Source: Dehalococcoidia bacterium (GTDB lineage Bacteria > Chloroflexota > Dehalococcoidia > Dehalococcoidales > RBG-16-60-22). Taken from it: DNA of 64,000 nt. Shown piece by piece: positions 60,764-64,000 of the stretch (position 1 is the stretch's first letter; every line of letters begins with the position of its first letter). The DNA is taken from the NCBI GenBank assembly GCA_011174815.1, contig DUFF01000023.1, forward strand, positions 368 through 64,367. Reading direction: 5' to 3'. The notes below the pieces were generated by a model. That model was not told where the DNA came from and did no database searches. It was given only the letters and a program-made list of their open reading frames with translations. A program made the translations under genes and the position numbers.

Positions 60764-61159
60764 ATGAAAATTGCAGCTATATCTGATGATGGAGTTACTA
60801 TCAGCCAGCACTTCGGCAGGGCCCCTCTCTATGTGATTGCTACCGTTGAAGATGATAAGGTCGTGCATAAAGAAAACCGACCCAAAAGCGGGCACCATAC
60901 CTTTGCGGCACACCACGCCGATACAAAACCCGGGGAACGCCATGGCTATGATGCCGGAGCACAGGTAAGACATGCCAATATGGTAAGTGCTATTGCTGAT
61001 TGCCAGGTTCTCGTGGCTGGTGGCATGGGCTGGGGCGCTTATGAGAGCCTGAAGGACAACAACATCGAGCCAATTGTTACCGATGTGAAAGACATTGATG
61101 AAGCAGTGAAACGCTATCTTGATGGCAAACTCGATAATTTAATGGAGCGGTTGCACTAA
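60764..61159 (+). CDS. NifX/NifB-C-terminal-like (dinitrogenase FeMo-cofactor biosynthesis domain) protein
   Basis: Track ORF 60743..61159. The ATG at 60764 is preceded by GGAGGAAAGGAG. MKIAAISDDGVTISQHFGRAPLYVI...CQVLVAGGMGWGAYESL...GIEP matches the Nitro_FeMo-Co domain pattern. Confidence 0.85.
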   Translation: MKIAAISDDGVTISQHFGRAPLYVIATVEDDKVVHKENRPKSGHHTFAAHHADTKPGERHGYDAGAQVRHANMVSAIADCQVLVAGGMGWGAYESLKDNNIEPIVTDVKDIDEAVKRYLDGKLDNLMERLH

Positions 61160-61248
61160 AGAAAAGCAGGCGATAGCTTTGACGGAAGCAAATCGTGACG
61201 GTGGACGGAAATCGGCCACTGTTGAGAAATAGATAAGGGAAAGCCCCA

Positions 61249-61494
61249 ATGGGGTGCTGGTTCCGGGGGGCTAGTCGAAGTCTGAATGGCTTGGCTTCGG
61301 CAGCTTTGAACAGCGAGACCCGGAACTGGATTGAAAACAAAGTAAAAGAAACCTGTGCTGATTTAAATTCCGCTGCAGCATTCAGGGAATATCCATTGCC
61401 AGAAGAGGAAAAGACTGCTATTATGAGCGGGGAAAAATGCAAGACTGAGGCCGGGGTGGGTCAACCGGACAATATTAAAGAGATGGCTAACTAG
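61249..61494 (+). CDS. possible small protein with LigA-like/NHLP-like helix segment (uncertain)
   Basis: 81 aa with AGGGAAAG 5 nt upstream. AAAFREYPLPEEEKTAIMSGE resembles the ..EYGLTEEE..A.L.GD motif of small LigA-subunit-like/NHLP-type proteins. It could equally be non-coding. Confidence 0.25.
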   Translation: MGCWFRGASRSLNGLASAALNSETRNWIENKVKETCADLNSAAAFREYPLPEEEKTAIMSGEKCKTEAGVGQPDNIKEMAN

Positions 61495-61531
61495 CCAGAT
61501 TATCTTTTTAAAAAACAGGAGGAACATCGCA

Positions 61532-62881
61532 GTGGAGAAACATGAACTGGTAATTATAGGAGGCAGCGCCGGCGGAATACAGGCCGCAATCTGTGCCCAG
61601 AAGCACCATGGCTTAAAAGACATTCTGGTTATACGCATAGAGGAAAAGGCCATGGTCCCCTGTGGAATCCCCTACATATATGGCACGCTGGGCTCCGTGG
61701 AGAAAAACATCATGCCCGATACGCTGCTAGGCGAAGCCAAACTCAGAATCGGCGAAGCTGTATCCCTTGATCGGGAAAAGAAGACAGTCAAGCTAAAGGA
61801 TGGGGATGAGATAGGTTATAACAAGTTAATACTTGCCACCGGTTCGAGCCCCCTGCAACCGCCCATCCCGGGAATAGACAAAAAGGGAGTCTGGTTTGCC
61901 TGGAAGAACACGGATTACCTGGAGGAACTCGCCAAAGCGATCGATGGCGTTGGTGAAATAGTGGTTATCGGTGGAGGATTCATCGGGCTGGAATTCGCTG
62001 ACGAGTGCCGCAAAAGCGGTCACAATGTCACCGTCATAGAGCTGCTCGAGCATTGCCTGCAGCTTGTATGCAGCACGGACCTCTGCATCCGGGCTGAAGA
62101 AACGCTGACGGAAAAGGGTATAAATATAATTACCGGGAATGGCGTGAAATCCATCAATGGTGCCGAAAAGGCAGAATCGGTAACACTGCAAAGCGGTGAG
62201 CAAGTCGCCTGCGATATGGTGATTATTGGAATCGGCGTGGTACCCAACGTGAGGCTGGCTAAGGATGCCGGTCTGGAGATAGGACCGACGGGAGGTATAA
62301 AGGTAGACGAGTTTCAGAGAACCGCCGACCAGGATATCTTCGCCGTGGGCGACTGTGCGGAAAAGTATTCCTTCTTTAACGGTGAACCTGTGCCTGTCCG
62401 GCTGGCTTCGGTAGCCACCCGGGAAGGTAAGATTGCCGCTGCCAACCTTTTCCAAGCACAGTGGCGCAACATAGGCACGGTCGGCGTTTTTTCCACAGTG
62501 GTAGGAGATACCGCCCTGGCCATGGCCGGGCTCACAGATACCAATGCGCAGAAACTGGGCTATGCGGTGGTGATAGGAGAAGCCCAGGCAGCCTCCAAAC
62601 ACCCGGGGACAATGCCGGATGCACACCCGCTGAGAGTGAGATTGGCTTTTGACCGGAGGTCGGGCAAGATACTGGGCGGCTGTGCCTGCTGCACTCAGAG
62701 TGTTGGCGAAGTTGTCAATCTAATTGCCGCAGCTATAGTTAATGAAATGACTATGGAGCAGATTGCCATGTTCCCTATGGGCACTCATCCCTGGTTGACG
62801 GCCTCACCTCTAGTATATCAGTTCACAGATGCCGCCAGCAATGCCCTGCATAAAGTTAAAGGCACAGTCCAGGCTGTGTAA
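61532..62881 (+). CDS. pyridine nucleotide-disulfide oxidoreductase of the CoA-disulfide reductase / NADH oxidase family
   Basis: It has a GTG start, LVIIGGSAGGIQAA, a single redox Cys in VPCGIPYIYG, a second Rossmann segment IVVIGGGFIGLEFA, and FAVGDC. Confidence 0.8.
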   Translation: MEKHELVIIGGSAGGIQAAICAQKHHGLKDILVIRIEEKAMVPCGIPYIYGTLGSVEKNIMPDTLLGEAKLRIGEAVSLDREKKTVKLKDGDEIGYNKLILATGSSPLQPPIPGIDKKGVWFAWKNTDYLEELAKAIDGVGEIVVIGGGFIGLEFADECRKSGHNVTVIELLEHCLQLVCSTDLCIRAEETLTEKGINIITGNGVKSINGAEKAESVTLQSGEQVACDMVIIGIGVVPNVRLAKDAGLEIGPTGGIKVDEFQRTADQDIFAVGDCAEKYSFFNGEPVPVRLASVATREGKIAAANLFQAQWRNIGTVGVFSTVVGDTALAMAGLTDTNAQKLGYAVVIGEAQAASKHPGTMPDAHPLRVRLAFDRRSGKILGGCACCTQSVGEVVNLIAAAIVNEMTMEQIAMFPMGTHPWLTASPLVYQFTDAASNALHKVKGTVQAV

Positions 62882-62982
62882 CTGCATTTATCAAAATCAA
62901 AGAGCGGAAAAGCAGCCGAGGTGCTAGCGGGAGAAGATTAACATACATCAGAAGACTACCTGAAGTAAAGGAGGCATACTTT

Positions 62983-63957
62983 ATGGCGAACTGCTTGGTA
63001 ACTGGCGGTTTCGGATTCGTGGGGCGGCACTTGGTCCGAATGCTGGTGGAGCAGGGCGATAAGGTGACTGTCTTTGACATCGTGCCTGGTTCAAAGTTCT
63101 TAGATGATATCAAGGACACGTTCAGCTTCAGATTAGGCGACCTAGGAAACTGGGTGCATGTCGCCGAGACGGTACGTGATAACCAGATCGATATAATCTA
63201 TCACCTTGCGGCGGCGGTCCCGCCCCTTTCCGAAACCAGCCCGGCCACGGCCTTTTACAGCAATGTGATGGGCACCTTCAATATTTTAGAGGCGGCAAGG
63301 CTATTCGACGTGAAGAGGGTGATTTTTACCTCCACCCAGTCAAGTTATTCGGAGGGTGATATGCTGATTCCGGACGACTTTCCTCAGCGCCCCAACACCT
63401 TCTACGGCATTACCAAGGTTTGTGGCGAGCGTCTGGGAGAGGGCTACTGGATGAAGCACAAGGTGGACTTCCGTGGTGTGCGCTATCCCATCGTTAATGG
63501 CCCGGGCCGGATGCTGGAGGTACCCGGCCAGTACGTGGTCTGGGCGCAGCAGATGCCAGCGCTGGGACGTCCCTTCAAAGTATTCGTAGAGCCGGATACT
63601 GAGGTGCCTACACTTTATGTCAAGGATGCGGCCAAGGCGCTCATTGACCTTGCCGAAGCCGATGGCTCCAGGCTGACACTGCGTGTCTATAGCCTGCTAG
63701 GCTATTCAATAACTGCTCAGGGCCTAGTAGAGTTGGTGAAAAAGCATATCCCGAAGGCTGACCTGAGCTTCCGCGTCAACGAGGCTATTATGGAGCAGCT
63801 GCGCAAGCTCAGCATAGGTCGCTGCATGGACTCATCCGCCGCCAAGCGCGACTGGGGCTTTAAACCGGCCTTTGGCCCGGAGGAGGCTTTACAGGACTAC
63901 ATCAAGCAGTGCACTGAGTACCGCAACCTGTTGGACTACCCCATACCCGACTGGTAG
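62983..63957 (+). CDS. NAD-dependent epimerase/dehydratase (extended SDR), paralog-like to 283..1245
   Basis: VTGGFGFVGRHLV and YGITK (Y-x3-K) are present. AGGAGG lies upstream. Confidence 0.8.
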   Translation: MANCLVTGGFGFVGRHLVRMLVEQGDKVTVFDIVPGSKFLDDIKDTFSFRLGDLGNWVHVAETVRDNQIDIIYHLAAAVPPLSETSPATAFYSNVMGTFNILEAARLFDVKRVIFTSTQSSYSEGDMLIPDDFPQRPNTFYGITKVCGERLGEGYWMKHKVDFRGVRYPIVNGPGRMLEVPGQYVVWAQQMPALGRPFKVFVEPDTEVPTLYVKDAAKALIDLAEADGSRLTLRVYSLLGYSITAQGLVELVKKHIPKADLSFRVNEAIMEQLRKLSIGRCMDSSAAKRDWGFKPAFGPEEALQDYIKQCTEYRNLLDYPIPDW

Positions 63958-64000
63958 GCAATTGAATTTGGCGAGGGTTATTGGCTGTTATCAGAACAAA

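Noticed and set aside
1-64000. I looked for CRISPR arrays, tRNA genes, rRNA genes, reverse transcriptases/retrons and reductive dehalogenase (rdhAB) genes.
   Set aside because: I found no regularly spaced short repeats. The only T-arm-like GTTCGA-type motifs are the two tmRNA 3'-end copies. No ORF has RT (YxDD) or RdhA (twin-arginine plus 2x Fe-S C-terminal) features. These absences are from visual inspection only.

Overview
This is a 64-kb chromosomal segment of an anaerobic bacterium. My best guess is Chloroflexota/Dehalococcoidia-like, based on gene content and the ssrA-targeted serine-recombinase island; that is inference only. Layout: (i) 1-8.3 kb holds mixed genes: a VOC protein fragment, an SDR epimerase, a TauE/SafE exporter, flavodoxin-like and lipocalin-like proteins, a Kef-type antiporter, and an IclR regulator with a glyoxylate-carboligase-like TPP enzyme. 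(ii) 8.4-22.8 kb is an uninterrupted 11-gene minus-strand redox supercluster. It has an FrdA/TfrA-like flavoprotein, an FrdB-like Fe-S protein, two HdrB/HdrC pairs, an FrhB-like Fe-S protein, MvhD, and three HdrA genes. The HdrA genes hold four HdrA cores: one gene is tandem-fused and one carries an inserted GltD/NfnB-like NAD(P)H module. (iii) 23.1-27.9 kb is the divergently transcribed korDABG (2-oxoglutarate:ferredoxin oxidoreductase) plus sucCD. (iv) smpB and tmRNA (ssrA, 28493-28845) follow. (v) A ~25.6-kb genomic island (28850-54455) sits in the 3' end of ssrA, bounded by a perfect 32-nt direct repeat. It carries a translationally coupled integration/replication/DNA-modification-like operon: large serine recombinase, small resolvase, ParB-like, Mom-like GNAT, primase-DUF3631. 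It also carries a visibly lower-GC glycosylation cargo (GDP-mannose-3,5-epimerase-like, three GT2, two GT-C-like membrane proteins, flippase, methyltransferases), an IS3 relic, an IS110 element with a long non-coding 5' end, and an XRE regulator. (vi) 54.6-64 kb holds a pyruvyl transferase, an FAD oxidoreductase, a GNAT-like protein, a DUF134-DUF364-DUF5320-NifX-like operon, a CoA-disulfide-reductase/NADH-oxidase family enzyme and a second SDR epimerase. That operon has a perfect palindromic operator and a decayed P-loop ATPase gene. I saw no rRNA, tRNA or CRISPR array. The two best candidates for something new are the Frd/Tfr-Hdr supercluster facing kor/suc (a candidate fumarate- or thiol-linked electron-bifurcating system) and the ssrA island with its glycosylation cargo and ParB/Mom-like module. 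All homology calls come from reading the translated ORFs and recognising motifs; no searches were run.
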